A stretch of DNA of 64,000 bases. Source: Dudresnaya verticillata (Eukaryota). A program made the position numbers and the translations under genes. Every line of letters begins with the position of its first letter. The first letter of the stretch is position 1. The stretch spans positions 372,001 through 436,000 of the forward strand of contig OZ374561.1 in NCBI GenBank assembly GCA_977862235.1. The letters run 5' to 3'. Positions 1 to 10,240 of the stretch are shown one piece after another. The notes beneath the pieces were generated by a model. The model searched no databases and was not told the DNA's origin. It saw nothing but the letters and a program-made list of their open reading frames with translations.

Positions 1-215
1 CCATTTCAAACGATCCCTCTTCCCGCCAAACGCTGTGCTCGCAAACACCTTGCCATCCCAAAGTAGGATCGCCCTCGCTTTCGCCAATTCACGGCACAAG
101 CCGAAAAGCATTGCGTGCAACCGACGCACGGTAGACCTTCAACACCCCAGCCCCCTCGAGTCCATGTCGCCAACACCCACAATACTGCAACTCACTGCAC
201 CGCGCAAAACGCAAA

Positions 216-1295
216 ATGGCCGCGCAACTCCCGCCACTCCATCACCTGCTCTCCACCGTATCAGCCGCCCACACTTCGTCCTGGCAACCGCTTCACCAAC
301 TGCTCGCGGCCATCATAGCAGAGCTGGCTGAGCTTCGCGCCCGCGTCGATGCTAACGCACATCCGCCGGCTGCACTGGCAAAGTTAGAGCCCGTCCTTCA
401 CCCTGAACCGAGTGCAACACCCGTCAGAAGCGGTCGAAATTATTCCCCGCCGAACCTAATGGCTTTCGCTCCGAAGCGAAACAAACGCTCCCTGCAGACT
501 ACCTCCCCGCCACCCGCGACACGGCCTGTTGTGCAACCTGGCCCAAGCCCCCAGCCGGTCTCGTGTTCCTCATCGGAGGAACTCACACAGCCCCCGTCGC
601 CGCTGCCACAAAACCCACCCACCACGCAGCTCCTCCTCGCTCAGCCTGTTCTGCCGTTGCCGCCGGCTGCCACTGTGCCTCCTCCTGTGCCACCCGAGCG
701 GACTGCTTCAGCCGTCACCCCGGCCTCAGTTGCGAACAAGTCACCGTCCCCAGCTGCCGGTTCTTCCCAAACGCCGTCTACTGCAGCAAGTACCGGTTCA
801 CGTCTCAAACGTTCACGGCGGCACTCCAAGCGTCGCCGGTCTGGGATAACGCTCAACATGCTGTACTCGGAAGAACCGGAGCAGGTCACACCTGCGAAAC
901 CGGTACACAGCGCCCGTACACCGCTGGCTGATAAAACAAACATACCAGAGAAGCGGCCGAGGAGCACCTTGTCTGCGTACAAGTCACCTGGGCAAGCCGT
1001 TCGCGCAGCTGAGAAAATCATAGCTGAGCAGCGACGCCGTGCTGAGCCGCGGTGCAAAGAAGTTGTCCGTGGCGCGGACCGTGCTAACCTTTCCGCCCGT
1101 GCATGCATTGAGTGCAAGGAGTTCTTCCGCAAAGAGGCTGCGGCTGCATCAGACCCCGAACGCGAGTTCGACCGCCTGGTCCAGACGGTTTGTCGCCATC
1201 GCGAAAAGTATCACGCACCACAAACGCCAGATATGTTCTGGAAGCTCTCTTTCGATGAGACGCAGACACAACCACCGCGACCACAGTCCCCGTAA
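216..1295 (+). CDS. COM1: DNA end-resection factor CtIP/Sae2/COM1 homolog
   Basis: C-terminal SAE2 domain signatures: EVVRG..R..L, CxxC (CIEC), RHR, and PQTPDMFW (CDK-site TP-x-x-FW motif). Short N-terminal coiled coil (LLAAIIAELAELRARVD) and a Pro/Ser-rich disordered middle. Confidence 0.88.
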   Translation: MAAQLPPLHHLLSTVSAAHTSSWQPLHQLLAAIIAELAELRARVDANAHPPAALAKLEPVLHPEPSATPVRSGRNYSPPNLMAFAPKRNKRSLQTTSPPPATRPVVQPGPSPQPVSCSSSEELTQPPSPLPQNPPTTQLLLAQPVLPLPPAATVPPPVPPERTASAVTPASVANKSPSPAAGSSQTPSTAASTGSRLKRSRRHSKRRRSGITLNMLYSEEPEQVTPAKPVHSARTPLADKTNIPEKRPRSTLSAYKSPGQAVRAAEKIIAEQRRRAEPRCKEVVRGADRANLSARACIECKEFFRKEAAAASDPEREFDRLVQTVCRHREKYHAPQTPDMFWKLSFDETQTQPPRPQSP

Positions 1296-1537
1296 TCTTT
1301 CTTTGCAGGCGATGTGAAGATGTTTGCAATGGAGGGAAAACGATCCGAGTGAGGTACATGACAACGCTCACCTGCTGATCCCGCGACCCGGTCTAGAATT
1401 GCCGTCAAATATTTGAGAACCGTTGCGCAGTTTCTGCCAAGCACCACACCGCTGCTGCATACCTTCGAAAGTACCCAAAGCTCAGTTGTTGTCAGGCATT
1501 GTGCGAACCGGTGCCTGTTCCATCTTTTGTGTTCGCA

Positions 1538-1765
1538 ATGGCCTCGCTTACGCCCTTACCAGCTCGAAGTGTGAAAATCCTTAGCCTCGTATGTACCGTC
1601 GGTGCCAGCGCCGCCCTGCTGTTCTCGACCCCCGAGCTTGACCAAAACAACCGACCACATGTACTCACAGGTGTGCGACGCTTCCTCCGCCCAAGGAGCT
1701 CTGGTTCTACAGATATCAGTGATGACGATCAGACCACGGCCTATCCGGAACTACGCCAAAAGTGA
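1538..1765 (+). CDS. small hypothetical single-pass membrane protein (75 aa)
   Basis: ATG at 1538 (gcaATGG context); one hydrophobic segment ILSLVCTVGASAALLFS followed by HVLTGVRRFL. Fills the gap between COM1 and the convergent ACBP gene. Confidence 0.45.
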   Translation: MASLTPLPARSVKILSLVCTVGASAALLFSTPELDQNNRPHVLTGVRRFLRPRSSGSTDISDDDQTTAYPELRQK

Positions 1766-1875
1766 CAATCACCAAGCAAGATCACTGCATCCAAGGCGAT
1801 GATAAGAGTGGAAGAGTCAAGCCCTGCTGCAATCAATGTACAAGGCCTTGAGCCGGCGGGGCCAAAAGTATGTTC

Positions 1876-2742
1876 TTATCGTCGGTACCGGTATACTACA
1901 ATCAAACCAAACGCGAGCACGAAAGAAAGACCTAAGGCAACATGCATGGTGCGAACTGTGTTCTTCGTGCGCGTCAGCCCCGTCCTAGGATAAAGTCTTG
2001 TCTTGCGCTTCCAAGCACCGGACTTCGCGTCCTGCATGATTTGAGCTAGTTCAACAGTTGCGGCCTCTAGGGGGGTTAAGTCTTCGTTATCCTTCTTATC
2101 CAACGCCGCACCATATGTGACTAGCAAACCGGCCATCTCAGCATGCTCACAATAAACAGCATAGTGCAATGCTGTCTGCCCTTCTTCATCCTGTGCATCA
2201 ACTTCTGCACCTGCATCAAGTAGTATGTCAACAACAAGCTCCTCATTCCGATCAACAGCTCGCATGAGCGGAGTCAAACCGTCCTGATCGCGAAAATTGG
2301 GGGAAACACCTTGCACTTCAATACAATACTTCACTGACTTCACGTCTCCCAAGGTGGCCCAGTAGCATATATCATGGTCTAACTCACTGCTTTGCTGTTC
2401 TCCCTCAGAAGAGAGCGTGAATCCAGTAGACGCCTTATTACCAAACACCTCTGAACCCTCTTCCTGTTTGGCTGACTCAGGCTTTCCCCCCAGCTTCACA
2501 ACCAGTTCTATGTACCTCTCCATCGCCGCATCTTTCGAAAGATGGCTTTCACTAGCCCATGCCGTCCACTTCGCAAACTTTCGAGGGTCCAAGAATGCAG
2601 AAGGCCCTTCGCTTGGGGCTTCACCTTTTTGAACGACGGAGTACAATCCGTAAAGGTCTAGCTGCTCATTCTGCGACAAATTTCCTAGCACGCCCGAAGA
2701 CACCTTCTTCACAGCATCTTCGAAACGCGCGTTTAAGGTCAT
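1876..2742 (-). CDS. acyl-CoA-binding domain + ankyrin-repeat protein with C-terminal transmembrane anchor
   Basis: ACB domain (RFEDAVKKV...QLDLYGLY...KWTAW...AMERYIELV), ankyrin repeats (DGLTPLMRAV, EGQTALHYAV, EDLTPLEAA), C-terminal hydrophobic helix VALGLSFVLAFGLIVV plus basic tail YRYRR. Confidence 0.9.
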   Translation of the reverse strand: MTLNARFEDAVKKVSSGVLGNLSQNEQLDLYGLYSVVQKGEAPSEGPSAFLDPRKFAKWTAWASESHLSKDAAMERYIELVVKLGGKPESAKQEEGSEVFGNKASTGFTLSSEGEQQSSELDHDICYWATLGDVKSVKYCIEVQGVSPNFRDQDGLTPLMRAVDRNEELVVDILLDAGAEVDAQDEEGQTALHYAVYCEHAEMAGLLVTYGAALDKKDNEDLTPLEAATVELAQIMQDAKSGAWKRKTRLYPRTGLTRTKNTVRTMHVALGLSFVLAFGLIVVYRYRR

Positions 2743-3113
2743 TGAAGACGTTGAAGACCAGCGTCAGCAGTCGCAAAGTTTTCCAGATCGACCCCAATGT
2801 GCTTGTTGCGAAGCACTTTCAACGGGTCGTGGCGGTGTTCTGGGGCAATTTTTCGAGCCGAGTGACCCATTTTGAGCACTACGTGTAGATTTGCAGCTGG
2901 TGGCCCTTCCCCAAATTTTACCAGTTCCGAGACAAAGAGCACAAACCAACAGGGATGAACTGCCGCTTCTATAAAACCTAGTCTCTCTTTGATATCCTGC
3001 CCTCAATTACAGCAGGGCTATCACCCTGCTTCAATCCGGCATCTGTGACAAGAACAAACAGCGAACTTTCTCGAAAGCGCTACTTTGTAGTGCGGCTGCT
3101 TCAGAAAACAACC

Positions 3114-3542
3114 ATGCCTCGCCGGAAGAAGAGAACGCCCTTGGATCCCGATGGACCAGTCGAACCACGTAGAGGTGCACGTGTTCGAGTTGCTAAGCAA
3201 CGACCCGGATTTGTTGATCCATTTTCTTTGCGAAAGAAGAGAGTATCGAGGGCTAGCAAGGGCCTTCTCAGCCCCATGTCCTCAGTTTCCGATCATTCTT
3301 GTGTCCACCGTAATAGGAGCATTGCGTCAGAAGACACAGTCACACCCCTGGAGCTGATTTCTTCTGATTTGCTTCCCATTAAGAAAAGACCAAGCTTTAG
3401 AAAGACCTGGACAAATCCTCCTAGACTTGGAAGTCCTAAAGGAAGGCGCCGGCAGAGGAAGTCATTCAAAGGTCACGATGCTCCATCTTCAACCAAGGGC
3501 AACAATAGAAGGCAGATATCGCCATCAAAAGCTGCTAGATAG
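3114..3542 (+). CDS. hypothetical basic (K/R-rich) ORF, possibly truncated or decayed
   Basis: accATG at 3114, MPRRKKR NLS-like start, divergent from the ACBP gene. No recognisable domain. Confidence 0.3.
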   Translation: MPRRKKRTPLDPDGPVEPRRGARVRVAKQRPGFVDPFSLRKKRVSRASKGLLSPMSSVSDHSCVHRNRSIASEDTVTPLELISSDLLPIKKRPSFRKTWTNPPRLGSPKGRRRQRKSFKGHDAPSSTKGNNRRQISPSKAAR

Positions 3543-4596
3543 CTTCGAAGGCCACCCAAAATCTCGAACGAAAGAATGCAAGATGCTCCCCTGCTTTGCC
3601 CGCTTTTCTAACAAAGGGTGCCCAGGATTGTCCATGACGAACCACGAATCTTGGCTGCAATTGCAACTCTTCTTTGGACCCTCCAACTCTTCCTGGGATA
3701 TTAGAAAGGCATAACTATCAGTTGCCAATCACTTCCTACCTAACTTCTCGAAGTCCACACTCTTCTGTTGTGTTTTGCGATTTGAGCCTCAAATCTTAGT
3801 CTTGGTTTCAAATCCAGGGCGACATGTAATGCTCTTCCGAGTATCTACTTACGACATAACCATTTGGAGCATTTGAGTGAACATTCCATTCCTTCCATAC
3901 CTCTTCCACGGCCCAATCACTGTGTTCGTCGAGATACTGGGTTTCATTGAACTCACGTCTGGGTATGTGGCTCATTCTGTCCCTGACATCTTGGCCTATC
4001 CGTAGACCATGAGTTGTTACGGCTTCAGTAAAGCAATCTCGGCTTTCATCATGAACAAGGAATTGCCTGTTTCTAATCTGGTCTGTCAGGAGTTCGCTTG
4101 TACTCTATATTGACAACTATCCTAGTCTGATTGCTCTATGTCGTGAATGCTATTCGAGGCAAGTTGCGGGTGTGAAGACGACTCTATAATGATAACCGAT
4201 AACTACAACGACGACTTTCCCCAGGTCACATTAGGGCAATTACGAGGTCCTCGTGAGAGCCGAGCAGTAACAAACACGTCGCGAGACATCCCCTATAAAT
4301 CCTGATTGTGATGGTGCTTGCTCTTGGCATTTATATGACGACGGTGAATATTGTGTAGGCGATCTTTAGCGCAACCACCTCTCTTAATCTATCCTGCGTA
4401 GAGAAGCTCAGTGAACAGCAAGACGTGATTGGACTCAGCGGCGCTCCGCTATGACGAAATCTATATCTGCTACCGATCTTTACTTCATCTCAGGTGCTTC
4501 GTTAGAAGCGGTGAGCTCGTGACGGAAAACTATACAACCGTGTTGATGGTGCAAACAGGCGCAGCTGGTTCGAGGCGAGTACAGATTTTTAATGGG

Positions 4597-5478
4597 TCAC
4601 GCCGCCGCAATTTGCTCCGCAAGCTGATCGAACTCTGCTTCTTTCTTCCTGTAGTCAAGTAGCCATCCGTTTGACGGTGCAACGAGCTCAAGCTGAGCAA
4701 AGTATCTCGCGACAAGCTCTGCAGGCTTATTCTTGTACTTGGACGAACAGATAACGTTAATGAGGGTCGTGGCGCAGTTCGGATTCTTTGTGAGCGCCTC
4801 CTTCAAGACCCTCTCGGACTCATCAGACTTGCCCATCGCCAAATGGCAGACAGCCATACCGTTCAATATCTGGTCCGTGGCACCATGACGTTCCAGGAGG
4901 TCTTGGTAGATATACACAGCCTCCTGCACGTTCTCACCCCCCTTCGATAAGTGGGTCCACGCGGTCGCAAGCTGGGTGAGAGTCGCGTCCTCATCAATAT
5001 AATGCATCGCCTTGACCTCCTTCTCAGCAACATCGAGGCGATCCATTCGGAGCAACACCTGTACCTTCACAGCAAGCTCCTCAAGCCCATTGGCGCGATG
5101 AGCAGCTCGCAGAGCATTGTCTAAGTCTCCCAGCTGAGCGTAGGCAACGGCGCACATGAGCAAGCAGCATGGAGACGCCGCAGAAACCTCGTCACCAGTG
5201 ATCGTCTGCAAAGCGGTCGCCATTGCGTCACCGGTTGATGAGTCCTTCTGGTACTGGGCCAGGAGCTTCACGACTATAAGAGCAGGGGCGGAATTGTCGT
5301 CAACAGACTTGATGATGTCATCGTACTTTCCCTTGGCTAGGTCCAATCGCTTCAGAATCACATCGCGCTCGATCTCGGCTTTCTGACCATCCACCGACAC
5401 CGTCTCTCCCTCCGTTGTCGCCGCCGTCAGATTGCCAAGGTAGAAATAGTTCCGCAACTCGAAGAGATCGTCCGACAT
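4597..5478 (-). CDS. COPE: coatomer subunit epsilon
   Basis: MSDDLFELRNYFYLG N-terminus; LLRMDRLDVAEKEVKAM..IDEDATLTQLATAW; TPR-like helices. True start taken as the ATG at 5478 rather than the track start at 5625. Confidence 0.95.
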   Translation of the reverse strand: MSDDLFELRNYFYLGNLTAATTEGETVSVDGQKAEIERDVILKRLDLAKGKYDDIIKSVDDNSAPALIVVKLLAQYQKDSSTGDAMATALQTITGDEVSAASPCCLLMCAVAYAQLGDLDNALRAAHRANGLEELAVKVQVLLRMDRLDVAEKEVKAMHYIDEDATLTQLATAWTHLSKGGENVQEAVYIYQDLLERHGATDQILNGMAVCHLAMGKSDESERVLKEALTKNPNCATTLINVICSSKYKNKPAELVARYFAQLELVAPSNGWLLDYRKKEAEFDQLAEQIAAA

Positions 5479-6088
5479 GGCTCCGAAGTCAAAGTTAATA
5501 ACCAGGCAGCGTGCTGATGAAGGGTCGACACCGTCCCGTTCCAACTTCGGTGATAGAGAGCTAGGCCGGGAAAGATTTGAAGGGAGCAGTTGCGTGCAGG
5601 CGACGCAGAAAGGGCACGACAACACGAATCAATCAACGCGGCTGACACCTCTTTTTAAAGCGTGCGTGCCTTTTTAGAGGCTCAAAATTTCTATGGCACC
5701 CTCAGAGATGCTTTAAGTTTATTTGCCGCAACCGGCTCTGCTCTTGACGTGCAATGCGACATGATTCTGGGAGGTGAATACGTCCAGCATTTGATCTCTA
5801 CCCCACGTCGTCTTCGGGAATAAGGTGAGAGACGTCCACGGAAGGCACATCCGTGTGCGATTGTTGTGCTTCGGAAACGATGAGGTTGTGACTGGCCTGC
5901 AGCAGTTAGGAACAGTGGTGAGAAGTGCTACAAGGCAAGACTGCAACCTCGATAACCTTGTTCCTTTCAACACAGGAATGCGCCTGTGACCCCCGTTTAT
6001 CAGCAGCCGCTGCATTCAGTTTTGCATTTTGAATCACCCGGGTGTAAACTGAAACGGATCCAAGTTTGACGTGTGTTTCTCTCTCGAA

Positions 6089-7717
6089 ATGGCATCAAAT
6101 GCAGTAGCCAGGCATGTGCTTCGAGCAGCACGAAGTCAAAGGCCCCTCATGGTCCGCAACGCACTACTTCGAGATGGCGAAAAGGAACCTCTCAGTTGCG
6201 TAGATCGAGGTCATTTCAAGTGGTACTCATGCGGTCCTACTGTATACGATGATGCCCATCTTGGTCATGCCCGAGCGTATGTTTCTTTTGACATCATCAG
6301 GAGAGTCATAGCGTCATTGACCGGGGCACGTATTGACTACGCTCTAGGTGTTACAGACATAGACGACAAGATACTGCAGAGGGCTTCTGAGACTGGTTCC
6401 TCTCCTACCTCGCTTGCATCTCGTTTCGAAAAGCGATTCTTCGAAGATATGAGTGATTTGAACATTTTACCTCCAACGAAAGTTCTACGGGTAACAGAGC
6501 ATATCGAAGAATTGCAGAAGTTTGTTTCAGATCTGATAGATTCAGATGCCGCGTATCCATCAGAGAAAGGGAATGTCTACTTTGCAGTCAAGAGCTCTGG
6601 CGATAGGTATGGTCAACTGGACCCATCGCGTGGTCTTTGTATAGACAATGTTGAGACACAGGGAGCTGAGAACGAGCACCTTGATAAACGCGATCCGCGG
6701 GACTTTGCGTTATGGAAGCATGAACAAGCCGCGCAATCGTTAGGGAGTGGTACTTGGGACTCACCATGGGGAGCGGGAAGACCTGGATGGCATGTGGAAT
6801 GCTCAGCAATGGCAACAAGCGCAGTTGGCTCCCATCTTGATATGCACACTGGCGGAATAGACTTACGCTTTCCGCACCACACAAACGAGCTTGCTACTGC
6901 TGAAGCGAAGCTATGTATACACAAACTGCCACCGTCCACTTCTGCAGAGCCAGTTCGATGGTCACATACGTGGCTTCACGCTGGACACCTTCATCTTCAA
7001 GGACGCAAAATGTCCAAGTCCGTGAAGAATTTTGTAACAGTGCGAGAGTTCCTCGGCAACGGTGGTAGTGCGGACGCGTTCCGAATATTTTGCCTCCTTC
7101 ACAGGTATTCATCGCCTGTTGAATACTCTGAGGACCGCCTCACGGATGCCCAGTCTTACATTTCACGCATTCGTCGCTTTCTTGACCGACATATGGGGAA
7201 CGAGGTTCCAACACTTCGCCCAGCTGATGCAACCAGCATTTGGATGCATCCGGGATGCTCACATGCTCAGCAACTTGGGAAGATAGTCCGCGAAACGGAG
7301 GATGCAATTGAAGAAGCACTAACTGACGATTTCGATACACCCAAAGCAATGTCAAAAATATCCAAGCTAATAACAGCCGCGAATGGTGCTGTGTCTAATG
7401 AAGGAGAGTGGGTTTCCGGGGCCGCGGCGCTTGCACATAACTCCGCTCGCGAGGTGGTACGTCGGACCCTTGGAATGTTGGGTATTTCTGACAACACCTT
7501 GGTGAAGAATACCGGTTCTGCCGCTGAGTCGGACAAAGTCGGAGAGATCATTGACGCATACGTGAATTTCCGTTCCGGCGTCCGTGACGCAGCCAGGCGG
7601 AAAGACATTGGCGCAATTTTTGAGCTTTGCGATGGAGCCCGTGACGATGCCTTGAACGACTTTGGGATTCGCGTTGCGGACAAGAAGGGCGGGTCATCAA
7701 CGTGGACAAGGTCGTAA
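6089..7717 (+). CDS. CARS2: cysteinyl-tRNA synthetase, probably organellar (mitochondrial-type presequence)
   Basis: WYSCGPTVYDDAHLGHAR (HIGH), DFALWK, WGAGRPGWHVECSAM, GGIDLRFPHHTNE, KMSKS. N-terminus is R/A/S-rich (MASNAVARHVLRAARSQR). The organellar assignment is inference. Confidence 0.93.
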   Translation: MASNAVARHVLRAARSQRPLMVRNALLRDGEKEPLSCVDRGHFKWYSCGPTVYDDAHLGHARAYVSFDIIRRVIASLTGARIDYALGVTDIDDKILQRASETGSSPTSLASRFEKRFFEDMSDLNILPPTKVLRVTEHIEELQKFVSDLIDSDAAYPSEKGNVYFAVKSSGDRYGQLDPSRGLCIDNVETQGAENEHLDKRDPRDFALWKHEQAAQSLGSGTWDSPWGAGRPGWHVECSAMATSAVGSHLDMHTGGIDLRFPHHTNELATAEAKLCIHKLPPSTSAEPVRWSHTWLHAGHLHLQGRKMSKSVKNFVTVREFLGNGGSADAFRIFCLLHRYSSPVEYSEDRLTDAQSYISRIRRFLDRHMGNEVPTLRPADATSIWMHPGCSHAQQLGKIVRETEDAIEEALTDDFDTPKAMSKISKLITAANGAVSNEGEWVSGAAALAHNSAREVVRRTLGMLGISDNTLVKNTGSAAESDKVGEIIDAYVNFRSGVRDAARRKDIGAIFELCDGARDDALNDFGIRVADKKGGSSTWTRS

Positions 7718-7807
7718 ACAAGCAGTAGGTTCGTGCAAGGATGGGATACCTTAGTGGGGAGACGCTACGTGCTTGGGACAGCCAATGCTATGTACTATTA
7801 GTCGAAA

Positions 7808-8074
7808 TCATGGTGAGAACTGAGCTAGAGCTCGGAGCGATACACGAATAAAGTCATACAAGGACGTGACGGCCGTGCGCAACGATTTGGCATCGTTAGC
7901 TGCAACTTCGATTACAAAGGCGTTATCCTCGACGCGGAGTGTTCTCGTCACTTCTTCCGGGCGTAACTCGGGATCGACGTTGATGGCCTGCACGACGATG
8001 TGAGCCTGCTCAGCGGAAGGCATTTCAACGCGGGCATTGTACTTGTACAGCTTGTGTTTGGCAGTGGCCACCAT
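7808..8074 (-). CDS. PCC1: KEOPS/EKC complex subunit Pcc1 (LAGE3 family)
   Basis: 88 aa with the Pcc1 pattern PSAEQAHIVVQAINVDPEL...VTRTLRV..N.FVIEVAA.DAKSLRTAVTSLYDFI; ATG at 8074. Confidence 0.85.
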   Translation of the reverse strand: MVATAKHKLYKYNARVEMPSAEQAHIVVQAINVDPELRPEEVTRTLRVEDNAFVIEVAANDAKSLRTAVTSLYDFIRVSLRALAQFSP

Positions 8075-8129
8075 TCCTGTGGAGAAGTGGATGGCAATCC
8101 GTCGGAAAAAAGAGATTTGAAGCCTTTCC

Positions 8130-8252
8130 AAGCCGTGGCTTTTCCACTCTCGCTACAAGGAAAGAAACAGGTTGACCGAATGGAGCGCCAAGCCGTGCAG
8201 GCTTTTCCACTCTCGCTACAAGGAAAGAAACAGGTTGACCGAATGGAGCGCC
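8130..8252. repeat. tandem direct duplication, 60 nt + 63 nt
   Basis: aagccgtg(cag)gcttttccactctcgctacaaggaaagaaacaggttgaccgaatggagcgcc occurs twice back to back; the copies differ only by a 3-nt indel. Confidence 0.95.
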
Positions 8253-8372
8253 GTTTCCAAGGACCCTTCGAACACTCCACGGGTGGTGACAGGCAAAATG
8301 ACTTCTCATCAGATCTCGATGCGGCACCGTTTCCCCACATTGCCGACAAGGGCGACAAAGGGCAAAATTAAG

Positions 8373-8378
8373 AAAAAA
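8373..8378 (-). terminator. RNA polymerase III terminator (T6) of tRNA-Tyr
   Basis: TTTTTT on the minus strand 7 nt after the discriminator base. Confidence 0.8.
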
Positions 8379-8385
8379 CTAGGGA

Positions 8386-8484
8386 TCTCCCGACCTAGAA
8401 TCGAACTAGGGACAATTCGATGAATGCTTCGAAACTACAGTCGAATGCTCTGAGTTGTGCTGATACCAACTGAGCTACCGGGAG
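8386..8484 (-). tRNA. trnY-GUA: tRNA-Tyr(GUA) with two 13-nt introns (D-loop 8452-8464; canonical 37/38 at 8422-8434)
   Basis: Minus strand: CTCCCGG TA GCTC AGTTGGT[ATCAGCACAACTC]A GAGC A TTCGA CTGTAG[TTTCGAAGCATTC]A TCGAA TTGTC CCTAG TTCGATT CTAGG TCGGGAG A. Removing both inserts gives a 73-nt cloverleaf with the eukaryotic Tyr identity elements C1-G72 and A73. Confidence 0.93.
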
Positions 8485-9379
8485 TGCCTCTTTCAGCTGT
8501 CAGAAGAGCGGTTCTTACTGAATATATTCTCTACCATGAGATGGAGCAGGGGCCGCTGAACTGTAAGGAACATATCCCCTTACAGTAAAGTGATCGCAGT
8601 ATAGCAAGCCCTACCAGACAGCCCCAAAAGCCCATCTCCAACAACCCCTAATAAGCTATTCGATCAAGTAAAGCACCCCCCGAGCCACGGTATCCATCTC
8701 ATGCAATCATGCGCAATAGTCTTCCAATCCGCAGCAACAGCTGATCCCCTGAGCGTATAGAAAACATGGGCCCCGAAACCATTTCTCGTCCAAAAAAAAC
8801 ACTCGGAAGCTCCAAAAAAGGTTCATTCCAGACGGGAAGGGGGGGAGAGAAGGGAGGAACTTTATTGAGGAGGTGGCATTCCAGAATGCCTGCGATATCT
8901 GACGTTTGCAGGAACAGCTGAGGACCGAGCGAAAGGCTAACACACCGGTACCCCTTAAACTAAGAGAAACAGAAAACAGAGCAGCAACTCACAGAGCTGT
9001 AACTCATTGCCATCGAACCTTTTGAATCACCGATAGTGTTGAAAAGTGCGGCTATACCGTGTACACTACAAATCCATAATAAACCAGACTTGCCTTTTTT
9101 CATTGATAGAAAGCAATTTGTAACAAGCATTCATGACGCCATCTCTAATCACAATATCAACACAACTACACCACACTCGATGAAGCTCTCCAATAATTGA
9201 GGTTCGATTCAAAGCGAGGCAAGCCTTTTTTTGTTTTTTCTTTCGATGGCACGTTCGCTCGTTCTGCAGGTACCAATCTCTAACAGCATGACTTCTGCAC
9301 TGCTCTGGTCCAGACTCCACTCATTTCAAGCTAGTTGAACTCGGTGAACTGCTAGGTCGGATTCAGCGGTATGACAATT

Positions 9380-10240
9380 TAGATTAGCATGATAGCTAAC
9401 AACAAACCAAAATAGAACCTTTTCATTTGGGTCAAGGCAGTGTTAGAAGCTTTGGTAGGAGAATACTTTGTCTTAAGGACAGAAATAGTCATCTTAGCGT
9501 ATTTTGGCCGCGAGCCGGGGCTTTCGACCCAAATCCTATCTTCCTGACTATCCTTCCTGTATCCTGCTTCTCGGGAAACGTTGTATGTCGGAGTAGCAGT
9601 GTTTTGCAACAAGAAGGCTATCCAGGCTACCTGTCCTGTCGCGTTATTCTAGTCTCGTGTCACAGAAGTCGTTCATGTAATGGGCACAGGAGATTTCGTT
9701 CTCGACGGCATGGCGATTCGTGAATATCGCCTCTGTCCTTTTTAAAATATCCTCTAGTGTCGTATCGGTTTCGGTGGATGAGAAAAACTGTGCGTACCAA
9801 ACAAACTTCATCCTTTGGTACTGAACTGCAGAGACCAAAAAAGCTAGAAGTCCTGTAGGACGTTTGTGCGGTATCGTAGCCACGTAGCGTGCACAACACT
9901 TCCTTGCTTACAAACGATACTATATCAGTATAGAACACAGTATCACTTAACACACCCACAGAAGTTGAAACGATTTAGGATAATTGCGCACAGAATGATA
10001 GTTCTAGTAGTTGATAAGCCGCTGAGAAAGTGCCCAGAAAGCGAATTGAGCAGCTTCGTTATCTTCATCTGGATACGAATGTATCAAAGTAGTCCCGTGA
10101 AGTGACGGATACCTTTCAATTTTCAACTCTTCCAGTCGACAGAGTATCTTCTTGGTTGTGAGTGAGTCTGTTGACAAAAAAAGGTCGATATAATACGAAT
10201 CTTGCAGTGCTGAAGCCTTGGCCGTCTTGACATTCACGAC
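9380..10240 (-). pseudogene. probable decayed coding remnant of unknown family
   Basis: Track ORFs 10004-10237 and 9644-9883 share one minus-strand frame separated by a few stops, with globular-protein-like composition. Family not recognised. Confidence 0.3.

Noticed and set aside
6089..8484. CysRS, PCC1 and tRNA-Tyr as a tRNA-metabolism cluster
   Set aside because: No direct functional link: different amino acid, likely different compartment, and KEOPS modifies ANN-decoding tRNAs rather than tRNA-Tyr. Likely chance in a compact genome.
9201..9240. B-box-like GGTTCGATTC followed by T runs
   Set aside because: No T-stem pairing, A-box or cloverleaf; not supportable as a tRNA or SINE.
9381..9391. 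AGATTAGCATG resembling part of U6 snRNA
   Set aside because: No ACAGAGA box and no continuation of the match; an 11-mer is plausible by chance.
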